Below, one piece after another: positions 1 to 13,217 of a stretch of 64,000 nt of DNA (position 1 is its first letter; each line of letters begins with the position of its first letter). The notes beneath the pieces were generated by a model. That model made no database searches. It saw only the letters and a program-made list of their open reading frames with translations, and was not told the DNA's origin. The DNA lies in NCBI RefSeq assembly GCF_964355755.1, contig NC_092672.1, forward strand, positions 6,634,001 through 6,698,000, given 5' to 3'. The stretch comes from Antedon mediterranea (taxonomy: Eukaryota > Animalia > Echinodermata). The translations under genes were made by a program, and so were the position numbers.

Positions 1-295
1 TATCTGATATTTGTTAAAGAAGGCACGCATTTATTGAAAGTTGTATAGGATGTGCGTATGGTTTCCACAATATTATTGTAAATAACAATATAAATTTAAA
101 ACTAGAAAAGAAAAAAAAAAATAAAAGCACTAATAGAAGTGGGTGTACTGTCAGTAAACATTATTTCAACAATTAAAGGTATTAGGCCTATTTGGTAAAA
201 TAATATTATTACATTATTCCCATGACTGTAACATTACAGCTGAGGACAAAAGTATGCATTTAACATAGTATATTTAACAATGTACTTTACTACAG

Positions 296-657
296 GAATT
301 TCTATCAACGGTATACCATTCTACAATCCATGGACCAATGATGGACAAAATGCTGTCCTCGGGGAGAGATTCGACGACTGCGATGGTCACCCGGATAAAC
401 GAGGTCGATACCATTATCACAAAATGCCGAGTTCATGTGTCTTCACCGTAGAGGAGGGCGTTGCTTCGACTATTATAGGTGTTGCACTCGATGGATTTCC
501 GATCTACGGACCAATTGACGAAGATGGCTCTCGACTGAGGACGACCGATCTTGACGAATGCCATGGCAAACACGGCACAGACGGAAAGTATCGGTACCAC
601 GTGACCGACGATTTTCCCTACATACTCGGATGCTACAAGGGAGAAGTTGGCAATTAA
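296..657 (+). CDS. Terminal coding exon of a YHYH-domain protein (upstream exons outside the window)
   Basis: Acceptor tactttactacag ends at 295 (phase 1). The translation GISINGIPFYNP..FDDCDGHP..GRYHYH..IIGVALDGFPIYGP..LDECHG..YRYHVT..FPYILGCYKG has the YHYH, DGFPIYG and LDxCxG motifs of the family. Stop TAA is followed by AATAAA. Confidence 0.85.
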
Positions 658-2321
658 TAAAAGCCAAGATGGGGGAACACACCTCACCCAGTGTCACTAG
701 ATAGCATCTAACTGAATATTGCAAGTCAGTTAAATAAAAGTGTAGGTGTGGGCATATTTGATAATGTTAATGCGTGTTGTTCCTGTGCCTTTTTCCAGTG
801 CTTCGGCCATTTTTCGAAAATTTCCCTGTACTATTAAACTAATTTTGTTTTTCTTCCGACAAATAAATACATATTTTCGAAATAATTTCTATTAATGAAT
901 TGTATTAATATTAGTATGTCTCATTTGTTGTGATCCGTTTAGGATTTAAATTTGCATTTATAAATTAGTAAAAGTAGGCCTACAGTATAACAAATAAATA
1001 TAGACAATTATTTGTCTTTTGTCATCATATTTTGTTTCTGACTATAATATTTCAAATTATTATACATTACTAATGACTATTATATTCATTTACTGGTATT
1101 TTTTTTTAAATCTCTAAACTGATTTAAAAACCAACTAATCTCCTGATTTGACACCAATAAAGAACACTCCCACTAATACCGGAATGAAAAAGTCAAACGG
1201 ACAATTGTAAAGCCTCATTCTCACTGGACTAAGAGATAAGGATCATTGTATTATTGCGATTATATGTGACCTTGTGATTACTATTTTTATAATAAATTAG
1301 AAAAAAAGTGATACAAATACACACATACAAATGTCCTATAACTGAAGGAAAGACGGAATGAAAACTAATATATTTTACTATTATTGTTTTGACGGATTCA
1401 TCTCATCAGTTTTGAGAAAAACAATTACAAATGGTCATTTTAATTGAGAAACAAACAATTAAACAACGTCAAATTTAACCCATCTATAAAAAAAGACAAA
1501 AGGCTTTCACGTGATTTTACGCTAAATAAAACATACTTAAAGAATTGGTTCGGTAGTAGTAACAATAACAAGTTACCAGTTTTAAATGTAGCTCAGGGTT
1601 TAAATATATTGTTTATTATAAAATATAAACATTTACAACAACATGAATTGTAACTTCAGTTACCTTTTGTCAGCAGAGAAGCAGAACGAAAAAGTCATTA
1701 CAAAAAAGTTATGTGTGGCACCACTTTTTAAAATTAAATATAGGCCTATGCATAGCGAGTTATCAAACGTGGTTTGCTCGATTTTTGTGTGGACAAAATG
1801 CGAAATTAAAGTTAAGGGTATTTCTCGTTCTTGGTCATGTCAATGCAAGTATTATAGTTATTAGTATGCAGAAACACAGCATTCTTGCTGGTATTCCGAC
1901 AAGTATTCCGAGTCTACTAATATAAGCCTGTATATTGTTGTCAGTAGGAAGCCAGTTATGAGACAAAGAAGAACAAAAAGGTATTTTTTTGGCCATCATT
2001 ATATAGCTTTTAAATTTTGGAATAATATACTTTAGTGGCAGGCCTACGGATATGTGAAAGAAACATTTGTTTACAAAAAATATATTATATATATTTTTAA
2101 TATATTACAAATAATATAGTAGGCCTATTGAGTTGGATCCTGGATAAGGGAGTATGGTGAAAAGTGGTAAAAATGAATATTACATTTTTCTCTTGGAGCA
2201 TAGGCCTATAATGAACTCGGTTAGTTCAACCAAGCCAGTAGGGATGGCATTCATATAATGGTTGAGGCACAAATGAATAATTATGGAACACAGTAGGCCT
2301 ATGCCTCGAAATTTTCTTTTT

Positions 2322-2434
2322 TTAGTCGCGTGCAAACGCGACTCTACAGCTCACTAACACTATGTTGGTCTGTCGGTCGGTAAACACTAATTCAAATTTG
2401 AGCACGCGACTGCAGCTATGTATATATCCTTGTT
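2322..2434 (+). mobile_element. Short dispersed element with HINE/DINE-1-like (non-autonomous Helentron) layout; second copy at about 39776-39913
   Basis: Both copies have T-run + AGTCGCG, CGCGACTCTACAGCTCAC, a (GTCG/GTTG)n microsatellite, GCACGCGACTGCA and a terminal CTTGTTAA. Confidence 0.55.
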
Positions 2435-5400
2435 AAGCAAGAAAAACCACGTGACTCAAGATCTCTACAATCACGGTGAAAACGAGTAGGCCTATTGTTG
2501 TTATTAATTATATCGATCCAAAGGAAAAAAATTACTGAAACTATGTATTTGAATTACTAGAGAAACTCCAACCGCCAGTAATGTACTGTAAATAAATAAA
2601 TTAACTAGTTTTTAAACGGTTGAGTTAAGGAAATGTGTGAGATAGAAATATAACAGGAAGCATTAAATGCGGTTGATACTTAATCAAGTACAAGAGAAAA
2701 ACAACATTTACGCCTATTAATTTATCAGCACACGTCAAAAAAGGAAACCACCATTTACACACAAATTGGTTCGCAAGAATCGGAAGCGTGGGTTTATGCC
2801 ATGCGTGTTCATATTTTCTATAATGTTCTTTTGGTGACGCGATCAAATGCGCAAACCAATCAGAGACTAATTCGGATTCGCTCGACTTGTGGAGTTTCGT
2901 GCCATTTTAAAGCACGAGTTCATTAGGATAATTGAAATCATTAATAATGTAATTGACTTCCGATTTCATTACGTATTACTTTTAGTGCGCGTGTGATAAA
3001 CACATCCATTATTCAACGAACAATGTTTGACCTGATCCGCGTTGTTATCTATTTGACCTTTAACTCAATTTCCTGATATTTTCATAACGCTGTTCTTTTG
3101 TGGCATTTGCCAACAATATTTCAAGGTAAAGCTTTTTCTAGCTATGTAGGCCTATAGTACAGTATAGTTGTTTCATATTGCTACAAACAGTAATTTGTGA
3201 CGTTAAATGAGTCATATAATATTTAGGAGCATAGTCAACCTGTTTATTATTAGCATTAACGGCGTTACGGAGAGTGGAATGAGTTAATGGTCTTCTCATC
3301 ACAGAACAGAGAGAGGTCAATTAATATCTTTGATTTTGTTATAATGGACTTGTATTGATTGAGCTAAATGTACAGTACTCGTGAATTCTTCAATAGGTGA
3401 TAGCATATTCAATTCATAAGGCTATATAAACAAAAGTTCAATTCAGAACACGGATATCTAACCATGTAGAAATATCGGGTGTATAAAGTAAGGAAACCAG
3501 AGCAGAACAGCATTTACACGGTAGGTTTAACTTCTTGTAAAGGACATAGTATAGTTGTATATTATATTGAATACTGTGCAAGGTATATGATTTCCATTTT
3601 TACCACGTACTAAAGGCCATAGCAGCGGGAAGTGCACCGATATTCAGTCTTGTTAGCTCCGATTTATCAACAGGCGTATACAGTTAAGTAAGTATGCCTT
3701 CGCCTAGCTAGTAGACAAACCACATGAGATTGCCACAGGAAATTTTAACAAGCTTATTTAAAGAGTTTGTCAGTGGTTCAACGTGCAAGTAGGATTTAAT
3801 AACCTCCGATTTATTGCCTTAGTAATGTTTAGTTAATTCCGAGTTTAGGTAGGCTGGTCGTGTCAAAAGCAGACGATATTGTAATCCTATGGTTTAAGTA
3901 GCAAAATATGACATTTTATGTGTTCTGTGTGCTCACTAAGACAGGTTTCTTCAATGTATTTACACTCATATTGTCTTTCGAGTAGGCATACTCAGACAGA
4001 GGTCCAGGGGAAGCCAGGCTCTTTGAGTATAAATAAAATAAAATATAATAGGTCGTTTCAATCGATTTCTGAGCTCATACAAATTCCGCCTAGAAGAATA
4101 CAATTATTTTGGGTTACGCACTGGTCCTGATGCGCCACTGGTTATATTCACGCAAAATCTAGTCTTCGTATAGACATGGTATAGATACTGTATTTTCTGA
4201 AATTATATACGATACGTCATAGAAGTCTTACTTTCTATTTCATTTTCAACAATTTAATGATTTTGCTCTTGAAAAGTGAGGGGGATATCCCCCACTAAAA
4301 CTATAGGGGGGGGGGGATTTCCCCGCCCCCAAGATCTGCGGCGGTGAATATATAACCGTGCTATATGTACACCATTTGGTCTAATTCCTACATTGTAGTT
4401 TGTATATTGTTTAACAAGGGAAGACTAAGGAGTGAATTGTAATTTCATGTACTCTTCCCTGATTCAACACGAAGGACACACTTGGTTCACTGAACTGTAT
4501 TAGGCCAATTTCCTGATCCGTTTAAATTAAAGGAGTGTCGAGTCGATATGGCAAATTACTCCAAGCTAAGACTATCGATTATAACTAGATGTGTTCAGAT
4601 TAGACATGGATTCATTCAAGGCGATGTAAACACAGCATAGAACCAGGTCTTACGAGATAAAATATCAAGTAAACAATGCTTCTGCAGTTCTTTAAATACA
4701 TTTTTAATTCGACGATGTATGAGCGTGTGTTTCAAGGTGTTTATGAATGAGGCAGTAAACAGATTATAACCACCCCTAAACAATAGCATGAAAACATAAA
4801 GGAAATGAAATGTAGTTTTACTGCGTAACTGCAGTGGAATAATGTTGACATATACACATAATATTATAGTCAAAATAGTCAATAGAGTAGGCCTACCCAA
4901 GTAAAGAAATCCGTACTTAGAACTGTATCGAGGGTTTGAGATTTTTTATTATTTATCATCCAAGTCGTTTTCACACCTTCAATAACAGTTACTTTAGTAC
5001 CGTATGTAAACTATAAAATAATGGAAACAACAGAAAATGCTATATATAGATATTATTCGTAGATTTGAAATAGGAAGCCAATGCAGGATGCCAAAAGATA
5101 CAAGATCTTGAGTCGGGTGTGACTGAGGCAAGGGGTAGGCCTACAAGGGGTAGGCCTACAAGGGACAGGCCTACAAAGGGACAGGGACAACCGGGATGAA
5201 AATAATATGATACTCTATCTGTTTGAATAGCTAAATTCGTAAACCGATGAACAGAAAAGCATACTGCCTGCATTTCTATATTTAGTCGTCTAAACGTGTA
5301 AAATCATGACGTGAATCGAGGTGTAATAAACAACATATGGTAGATTTTTTTAACTTGGCAATTAGATTGAGATGATCACTGATATGTGACTCGACACTGT

Positions 5401-5956
5401 TTCAACTTTCAAAGGTACTTTGTTGCTACAATTATAGATTATAGATAATATTACATAAAAACAACTAAAACAACCAAACCAAAAGGTTATTTAGAAAGGG
5501 TTGAACTTTATATTTTTGCACATGACCCTAACCAACATACGCGATAACCAGAGATGGTGTTTGTACGTTACGGATAAATATACAAAAAAAGAAACCTGCA
5601 ATAAAAAATCACTCACGAACCGACTTAATAATGTTCTGTTTTGTTATAAAGCCAAATGTATCATCGCAAATGAAAGTGAGTCAGTCATCGGAAGTACAGA
5701 CAATTACATTTATCCAAAATGTGATGTCGCGCGTTTAAAAAAAAAATTAATTTGAGTAGGCCTATGGTGTGGAGGTTAGACTTATTGAATCGTAAAAACA
5801 ACTTCTTCGGAGGAAAGTTTCGTTTTGTCGACGATGCCACAATAATAAAGATATGTGTAACAGAGCTTAATCTGCAGCGAATTGAAAACAAAATGTATAG
5901 GCTGCTAATCATTAACAGACGAATGTATTTTTTTTAACAGGTCTCTGATTGGCGAG

Positions 5957-6089
5957 ATGTCGCAGAGTAAATTTTGCAAAGGACGCGTACTTTCTGTAAC
6001 ATTACCAGGTGTTGTGTTTGTTGTAATTGGCTGTTTCTTTTTTATTTCAAACCAAAATGAATACTGGACAAGTGTATTATATAAATCAG
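5957..6089 (+). CDS. Carbohydrate sulfotransferase (CHST8-14 / Sulfotransfer_2 family), coding exon 1: type II membrane anchor
   Basis: Acceptor ttttaacag at 5940, ATG at 5957, MSQSKFCKGRVLSVTLPGVVFVVIGCFFFISNQNEYWTSVLYKS, donor G|gtaagg, phase 1. The phases chain with the next two exons. Confidence 0.75.
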
Positions 6090-6468
6090 GTAAGGACAAG
6101 TAAAAATTGAAGACACAGTCTAACTAGTGTCAAGGTTTAAAAGTGATTTCCATGTGTGTAGATAAGTTGACAAAATCAACCTGTCAAATTATTGTTTACA
6201 AATTTAATACACATCCAGCGGCGGGAAAGTCAATTAAACTGGTTGGCTGAACTATAATGTATCGTGCTTAAGCTAGATAAACTAGGTATTAGTTAACTCT
6301 GGCACTTTTTCATAATTGAATCCATAACCTTGGAATTAGAAGGCAAGCTCTTTAACCACAAGCTACAAGCTAGAAAACTACATTTTACCAACGTCTTGTA
6401 GGCCTACTATATATACATAGAGCTATAAAATGTTATTAACAACAACTATATTTACTCGTCTCTTTCAG

Positions 6469-6521
6469 GAACAATGACAGCGCCCCCATTTAAACAGACA
6501 CTACTTCGAAAGCAAGGCAAG
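6469..6521 (+). CDS. Carbohydrate sulfotransferase, coding exon 2 (stem region)
   Basis: Acceptor tctctttcag, reading (G)TMTAPPFKQTLLRKQGK, donor AAG|gtgaga. Phase 1 in and phase 0 out, exactly bridging exons 1 and 3. Confidence 0.7.
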
Positions 6522-7560
6522 GTGAGAGATCGCCAGTATCTCATTAATATTTATTAGGCTGGCAGTATTATTTCCTGGAAAATTTAATAGCAATTGTTAC
6601 GTCACTATAAAACTACTTAATTATTGAATATTATGTATACCAGTTAAAACATAAATTCTTTTTCATAAAATAAAATAATTATAAAGCATGAAATAACAAT
6701 TTTAGACAAAACAAATCAAAGGCTTAAATTCAACACAATAACATATTTTATTTTAACGAATAATACAATTTAAGAACTTAAATAAGGGATTGGTTGATTT
6801 TATTTTTAAATTCTTAAATTATCCGCTAGCCAACTGTAGAGTCTATCAATCAATAGGCTTATCTATAAAATGTCGACACATTTTTTTTTCTTGAAACACA
6901 TCTATAATTACAATAATATTAATCAATTTAAAATTTCATTTTGAGTAAATTTAAGTTAATTTGTGACATGATTCTGAACATCGAATGTCAATTTACACGC
7001 TATGACGACAGCATAAACGTACGCCACAATTACACTCAACTCAATTTATATTTAAATAAAACCAGAAAGGTTAGGTTATAAAGTTCACATTCAATGTTGG
7101 TACTACGGCAATACTTCCCGATCTTAATAATAATCTGATAGATATCGATATTGTAAATAGAATAGCCGATTCTAGATACCGCGGTGTACAGTATAGACAA
7201 ATTCTGTATCACAAGTGTACTTGTGACGATAGGACCTGCACCTAACCTTAACGTACAGTGTGACACATATATCAGTAAGGGGTTATCAAACTGGACATAT
7301 AATACTTTAAATATTACAGAGAATTGGGTGACTGTACTGACAAATAATACTGTATTAAACGCATTTTCGTAAGATATTTTAGCGTGTGCATGGGGACAAG
7401 TCTGTTTCTATATATATATTTCCACACGTGGATATAGACTACCATATGGTACTCTATGGCACGCCGACGGGCATAAATATGTCACTCTATCGGTAACGAT
7501 TAACAATTATACGTATAAATAAGTACCTATTCTTTATTCTAATATATTGCTTTCTTTCAG

Positions 7561-8388
7561 AGCGTCAAAATACCATTTTTAATTAATCAACGAGAAATTC
7601 AAGAAGGTAGGCGCAGGCACTTACAAACGGCTTGTTCAAAACATTACAGCCAGCCTAGATATGATGTCATTAAAAAACCACCGTGGAATATATTTCTAGA
7701 CACAACTCATAAAATATTGTACTGCAATGTGCCAAAGGTTGCCTGTACGAGTTGGAAACGGGTTTTATTGGTTTTGACTGGAGTAATGAAACACACTGAT
7801 GATATGGAACAGAAAGTTGTTAATAGGTACGGAAAATCGCAGCTAATTACGCTAAGTAAGATACCTCAGAACGAACGACAGAATGTTCTAGATACGTATA
7901 CAAAATTCATGTTTGTGCGCCATCCATTTTCACGAGTTTTATCGGCTTACAATAACAAGATAAATCCGAATTCTTCTGCAGGATGGGACTCTATGCGGCG
8001 CCAGATTGCGTCGATAGACGGCCAGGGAAAAGATGCAACATTCACTAAATTTTTAAAATATATAATTCCCATGTCTCCTTCTGACGATGATCGACACTGG
8101 AGCACCACTACTAAACTTTGTTTACCATGTGACATAGACTATGACGTCATTGGAAAATTTGAAACACTGTCCGATGATGCCAAATATATATTAAAATTAG
8201 CCAGTGTGGATGATCTGGTTGAATTTCCTTCCGCGCAAGGAAGTAGTCCAACGAACAGTTCCAAAAAACATACTTTACAGGAACAGTTTGACGGCGTGCC
8301 GCTTAACATTATTCACGGAATTTATGAGAAATACATTCTAGACTTTCAATTATTTAATTATTCTATACCAAAGTTAACGTTCTTCTGA
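7561..8388 (+). CDS. Carbohydrate sulfotransferase (CHST11-like family), catalytic terminal exon
   Basis: Acceptor tttctttcag at 7560 with an open frame from 7561. Contains the 5'-PSB YCNVPKVACTSWK, the 3'-PB FVRHPFSRVLSAY, HW..CLPC..YDVIGKFETL..D and the C-terminal Y..DFQLFNY. Confidence 0.93.
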   Translation, partial: SVKIPFLINQREIQEGRRRHLQTACSKHYSQPRYDVIKKPPWNIFLDTTHKILYCNVPKVACTSWKRVLLVLTGVMKHTDDMEQKVVNRYGKSQLITLSKIPQNERQNVLDTYTKFMFVRHPFSRVLSAYNNKINPNSSAGWDSMRRQIASIDGQGKDATFTKFLKYIIPMSPSDDDRHWSTTTKLCLPCDIDYDVIGKFETLSDDAKYILKLASVDDLVEFPSAQGSSPTNSSKKHTLQEQFDGVPLNIIHGIYEKYILDFQLFNYSIPKLTFF

Positions 8389-9529
8389 TCTGAATTCGGA
8401 TTGGATTTCTTAATTAAATCTGAGACATGCAATTCAAATGAAACTTGACAAGATTCTGAGGGCGTACCACCTCCGCCTACACTTAAATTCCCTGCAGCAG
8501 CTTAAGATCTCCAAAGCGTATACATTGTGACAACTATGTAGGTCTGTATGAACAGTTTATTAGACCAACCACCAAATTAACACACCCAAGAAACTTACCC
8601 ATTTTTTAAACAAGAAAAAGCTTTTTAAACATTATGCCTAATAGAGGGAAACGACGAACAGATTTGATACAGAGAGTGTAATAAGCCTGCTATAAAATCT
8701 TTTGTTGGATATAGAATCATAATAAACCGTTGGGGGCGCCGATGTTTACTGTAGGCCTATACATGGGTTTTCTAAATAGTAAATGTATATTCCTGGCGTA
8801 TTATTATAATAAATACCGTACCGTAATTGTGTGCGAAATTATTTAGGCCTTAGTGCCCACCATGGTGTAGGCGGCCTACTAGGTGTCTGGGCCAAAGCAA
8901 CGATGATGACTATTCAGCAAAGGTACAGTCTGACAAGTAAACAAACAGGGTCACAGACAAGTTGGGTGATGGGTGTTCCTCTAATGTTTATAGAGAAAAT
9001 AAGATTATAAAAAAGTCATCGTGAATGAAAGTTTAAAAATACGATGCCAAATATGATATGTTTAGTTGGAAGAAAAATGTGTATATCGTTGTGATAAAGT
9101 AGGCAAACATTTGCTACTTTTTATTACCAGTCTTCAATATTTATGTTGTTTTTTATAATAAATTTGAATAAGAATAATTAATTATATCGTATCTTTAGCT
9201 TTATTTAGATTTGGTAATTGAGGTATGGTTGTAAATTCTGCAACCTGACGTGAATTGAAAATGCAGTACATAATGAAAACAGACCTACAAGCTCCTGGTG
9301 GTTGGGTTATACAAATTATTATGAAATATACCGTATACAAAACTAACGATAGAAAAACAAACCCAACGGATTGGGATGACATATAGAAGTATAGACTCAG
9401 AAGTACGTAGACACTATTTTATTTGCGTTTTACTCACTAACAGTATATTGGTCTTAAAGCTAAGATATATATTATTCACTCATTAATTGTGCAATGTCCC
9501 CGCATGCGCACAATGAATAACATGACTTA

Positions 9530-9709
9530 AGGGCCTTTCACACCTGTTCCGGCACGGTTCCGGTCCGGCGCCGGAAAATTCAATCGAACGTGAATGTTTC
9601 GTTTTCACGCGGCTAAGCGCATATGGATTGGCGCATAGCCGCGTGGAGCGTCGTGAAAACAAAACATTGATGTTCGATTCGCCGGATCGGAACAGGTGTG
9701 AAAGACCCT
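9530..9709. mobile_element. MITE of about 180 bp with terminal inverted repeats
   Basis: AGGGCCTTTCACACCTGTTCCG ... CGGAACAGGTGTGAAAGACCCT, an internally palindromic body, and TTAA context at both ends. Confidence 0.75.
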
Positions 9710-9759
9710 TAAAACGGTAATGGGGAGCGTCCTATTTGCCAAAGTTGACTGTACATAAA

Positions 9760-10167
9760 ATACCACAATAGTTTTCCGCCAATAATATCGACCCAGACTA
9801 TTACATTGTCATCGCAACTGTTGTATTTTTTTGGTAAGATGCTTGCTGTAGGTACACTTTTAAACATTTAAACACAAATATTTAGGCCTATTTAAGAAAT
9901 ATGAAATTAGAAAATACAGTATTCTTAAACTCATTTGACCTAATAATTGCATTAATGCAACTGCCATCGATTAATTATTCATATATTTCTTGTTTTCCTT
10001 CGTAGGCCGATTACTAATTTAATACAAATTACTCCTATATTTTAACAAAGATAATCACGTTTTTAAAAGTGTACCTACAGCAAGCATTTTAGCAAAAAAA
10101 ATACAACAGTTGCGATGACAATGTAATAGTCTGGGTCGATATTATTGGCGGAAAACTATTGTGGTAT
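9760..10167. repeat. Long inverted repeat: arms of about 105 bp (9760-9864 and 10062-10167) with a spacer of about 200 bp
   Basis: ataccacaatagttttccgccaataatatcgacccagactattacattgtcatcgcaactg... recurs as its near-exact reverse complement. Confidence 0.9.
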
Positions 10168-10244
10168 CAGAAATACTTTAGTTGGATACGCTTATTGGAG
10201 CGTCTACTGCCATTACAATCAGACGAAAAGACCGTTTTACAGAA

Positions 10245-10296
10245 ATGCTAACTTTATTTTGCATCATATTAGTTCTTACGAGATTCGAAAATACAG
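10245..10296 (+). CDS. Nicotinic acetylcholine receptor alpha-type subunit, exon 1 (signal peptide)
   Basis: ATG at 10245, hydrophobic MLTLFCIILVLTRFENT, donor G|gtaagt. Phase 1 matches exon 2. Confidence 0.65.
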
Positions 10297-10362
10297 GTAA
10301 GTTCTGATATTTAATATCAGTATGTCTATATCTAACATTTTAAATGTTTATTTTGTATAAAA

Positions 10363-10979
10363 TTGCGCTTTCCCCCTTTAAATTGTGTGATCTTTGGGTC
10401 TTTGAGAATACAGTACAATACAATATATTTAACTATATACTTTACTAGAGATACAAAAAAGAAAAAACTTAATATCTTAAAAGTAATAGATTTACATAGA
10501 CAACAAATACTTACTTTTATGTTCCAATATGATAAAGGTCAACTTCCATTCTCTATAATATCATTATTTAAAAAACCAAAGACTGTCCATTTTTATTATC
10601 TTAAGAACTCAAATTTACTTTATGTTCCTTTTGTAAGACTTAGCAAAAGCCAATTTTTTATTACAGTTCATGGACCTAAATTATGGAATAACTTAAAAGA
10701 GAATCTAAAAAAATGTGAAAATGCAAAAATATTCAGACATCAAATTAAGTTTAATTATTTGGAAAATTATCATTCATAAATATATTATTATTATTATGCC
10801 ACTTTTATCTAATTTGTACACATTTTTATTTTGTATTTATGTTTTGTTGGGTCTTTCTGAAACAGGCCTTGGCCTCTAAGTCTGATCCAAATTAATGAAA
10901 TCATTATTTGTTTATATTGTTTACTTTGTTTAAGTTTTCATTAATTGAATAAATGTGAAATGAAATGAAATGAAATGAT
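10363..10979 (+). mobile_element. 5'-truncated LINE 3' end (CR1/L2-group ORF2 C-terminus, 3' UTR and (GAAAT)n tail)
   Basis: ORF LNILKVIDL..FMFQY...GPKLWNNL..F..QIK, then AATAAA and gaaatgaaatgaaatgaaatg at about 10956-10978. Confidence 0.75.
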
Positions 10980-11034
10980 AATAATAATCGTCTGGCTATA
11001 TAGGATGCCGATACCATAAATTAAACTATGTATT

Positions 11035-11478
11035 TCAATCAATCAATCACTCGTTCGATTTATATAGCGCCATTCCAACATTCATTGCTCATGGCGCTGT
11101 AGAAAAAAATCAGAAAAGGTGAGTTTTGAGTAGTGACTTAAAGTGACTCAATAATGATGTGTGTTTAATGTTCAAGGGTAGGTGGTTCCAGAGCCTAGGT
11201 CCAGCAACACTGAAAGTCCGATCTCCCCAACTATGTTTGCTCCTTGGAATGTCCAGTAGCACCTGATGACTAGATCTTAGTTCTCGCTTTCCCTTCTTGA
11301 CTTTCAACAATTCTGAGAGATATTTTGGAGCGCAACTATTTAGGCATCGGAACACCAGCAGCAGGATCTTAAATTTAACACGTGACTCCATGGGTAGCCA
11401 ATTTAACTCTTTGAACAATGGTGTGACGTGATCATAGTTTTTGGCACACATCACCAAGTGAGCTGCCCAATTTTGCAA
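11035..11478 (-). mobile_element. 5'-truncated L2-clade LINE 3' end with (TTGA)n tail
   Basis: QNWAAHLV..DHVTPLFKELNWLP..RVKFKILLLVF..LN..APKYL..LRS..GDRTFSVAGPRLWNHLP..FKSLLKTHLF is the typical L2 ORF2 tail. tcaatcaatcaatc at about 11035-11048. Confidence 0.85.
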
Positions 11479-11554
11479 TATTTATATGAATGCTCTTTAT
11501 GTACTTTCAATAAATCCTATGTTCTTTCTTACTTAGTTTTGAATGTAACCCTTA

Positions 11555-11915
11555 AGCGTGGTTCCCACTAGCGACGCAACACAAGGACGTAACGCAACGC
11601 AAGTGAATTGACCAATCACAAGCGATGGCTTATTCGCTTGTGATTGCTAAAGCTTGGTTCCCACTAGAACGTAACGCAAGGACGTAAACGCAACGCAAGA
11701 GTTTTAACCAATGACAAACGAAGTTATAGACAGTTAGCAATCACAAGCGAATAAGCCATCGCTTGTGATTGGTCAATTCACTTGCGTTGCGTTACGTCCT
11801 TGTGTTGCGTCGCTAGTGGGAACCACACTTTAGTGTCTATAACTTCGCTTGTTATTGGTTAAAACGCTTGCGTTGCGTTTACGTCCTTGCGTTACGTTCT
11901 AGTGGGAACCAAGCT
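11555..11915. mobile_element. MITE family A (about 179 bp; TIR AGC(G/T)TGGTTCCCACTAG; TTA/TAA target, PIF/Harbinger-like) with a second copy nested in opposite orientation at 11651-11829
   Basis: TTA flanks at 11552-11554 and 11916-11918. 361 bp = 2 x 179 + 3. Comparison with the intact copy at 58984-59162 shows the interruption point. Confidence 0.9.
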
Positions 11916-12887
11916 TTATTGATGAGATAATTAGAAAGAGATCTCGGGAATGTTTGCTTGCTCTTCAAGTAATTACAGTTATTGACTATTCGCCTGTAAC
12001 AAAAAAAAAAACGTACAAAAAAGTCATTGTATCACCTAAAAAGAGGTACCGGTATACATTATTGAAAGAACGTGAAAAACATCATAATAAAACAAGCAAT
12101 TTATTTATGGAGAAATGATGTATAAATCAATCAGTGACTTTATTTTAACAACTGCAATGTCGTAAAGATCATTGTAAAAAAAAATCACTACTACAAAAAT
12201 AGGCCGTTAAAAAGAACGCACGTTCAAAATAACTACAATATTGTACTAAAAAAAAATTATCGCATGATAAAAAAAAATTGAAATTGGAAAATCAGTACTA
12301 AATCGAAACGCTAACCATGTAAATAAAATGATGAATGATCTAGTTCCATCTTATTTCGAACATGGGCACTATACGAAGCTGGCCCGCCGGATATGGTAGT
12401 GATATGACATCATCATGTCTATATATGGGCACATCACATTTTTTGTCACATAAAGTTTGATAGTGCAGACAGAGCTTAGGGGCAACAATTTCAAATACGG
12501 GTACGGGTAAACTTGTGCTTGAATAGCACTCTTAGTTTACATGCACATTTATGTACTAACAGTTATGCGAACGTTTTTGTGCATGTGGTATACACGGTCT
12601 TGGTCAATTGGTATCACAAGCCAACCACGACATTAAAAGAAAGGCTTAAGCCTAGAAACATATAAAATACACGCTGTCAAGTAATTAAGCATATAATTAG
12701 GCCTATAAGTATGTTTTCTTAGAATAAAATTTAGTATGTATTTCTAATTTGACGTATTGTTTTTATTTACTATTCGTAAATTTTCCCCTTTCATTACTTT
12801 ATGCCACACATCTTTGTTTTGTAAGTGTTTGTATACGTTTTTAGTTTATAAATATTGTAGTTTTATATATAATTACTGGATTTACAG

Positions 12888-13033
12888 TTGATGCAGATGC
12901 GATTAACAATGAAGCTAAGTTGATAAATAATCTGCTGGCGAACTATCCTCAACCATCCGCTAGACCTGTCTACAATGATTCTGATGCCGTTATCATAACA
13001 TACCGTTACCTTGTAACGCAAGTCACTGAATTG
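12888..13033 (+). CDS. nAChR subunit exon 2
   Basis: tttacag|TT GAT GCA.., reading DADAINNEAKLINNLLANYPQPSARPVYNDSDAVIITYRYLVTQVTEL (E..L...L...Y....RPV motif), donor gtaagt. An in-frame alternative acceptor lies at 12860. Confidence 0.88.
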
Positions 13034-13063
13034 GTAAGTATGAAAACGCAAGACCTTTCATAA

Positions 13064-13217
13064 AACTTGGTTCCCACAAGAGACGCAACGCAAGGACGTT
13101 CAAGCGCAACGCAAGTGATTTGACCAATCACAAGCGATAGATTATTCGAACTGTCGTTTGTGATTGGTTCCTCAGTCGCTTGTGTTCCGTCTACGTCCTT
13201 GCGTGGCGCCTAGTGGT
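13064..13217. mobile_element. Degenerate MITE family A copy
   Basis: cttggttcccacaagagacgcaacgcaaggacg...gaccaatcacaagcga...acgtccttgcgt..ctagtgg. Confidence 0.7.

Noticed and set aside
433-724. Antisense ORFs over the YHYH exon (and similar ones over the sulfotransferase and nAChR exons)
   Set aside because: Shadow ORFs of real coding sequence.
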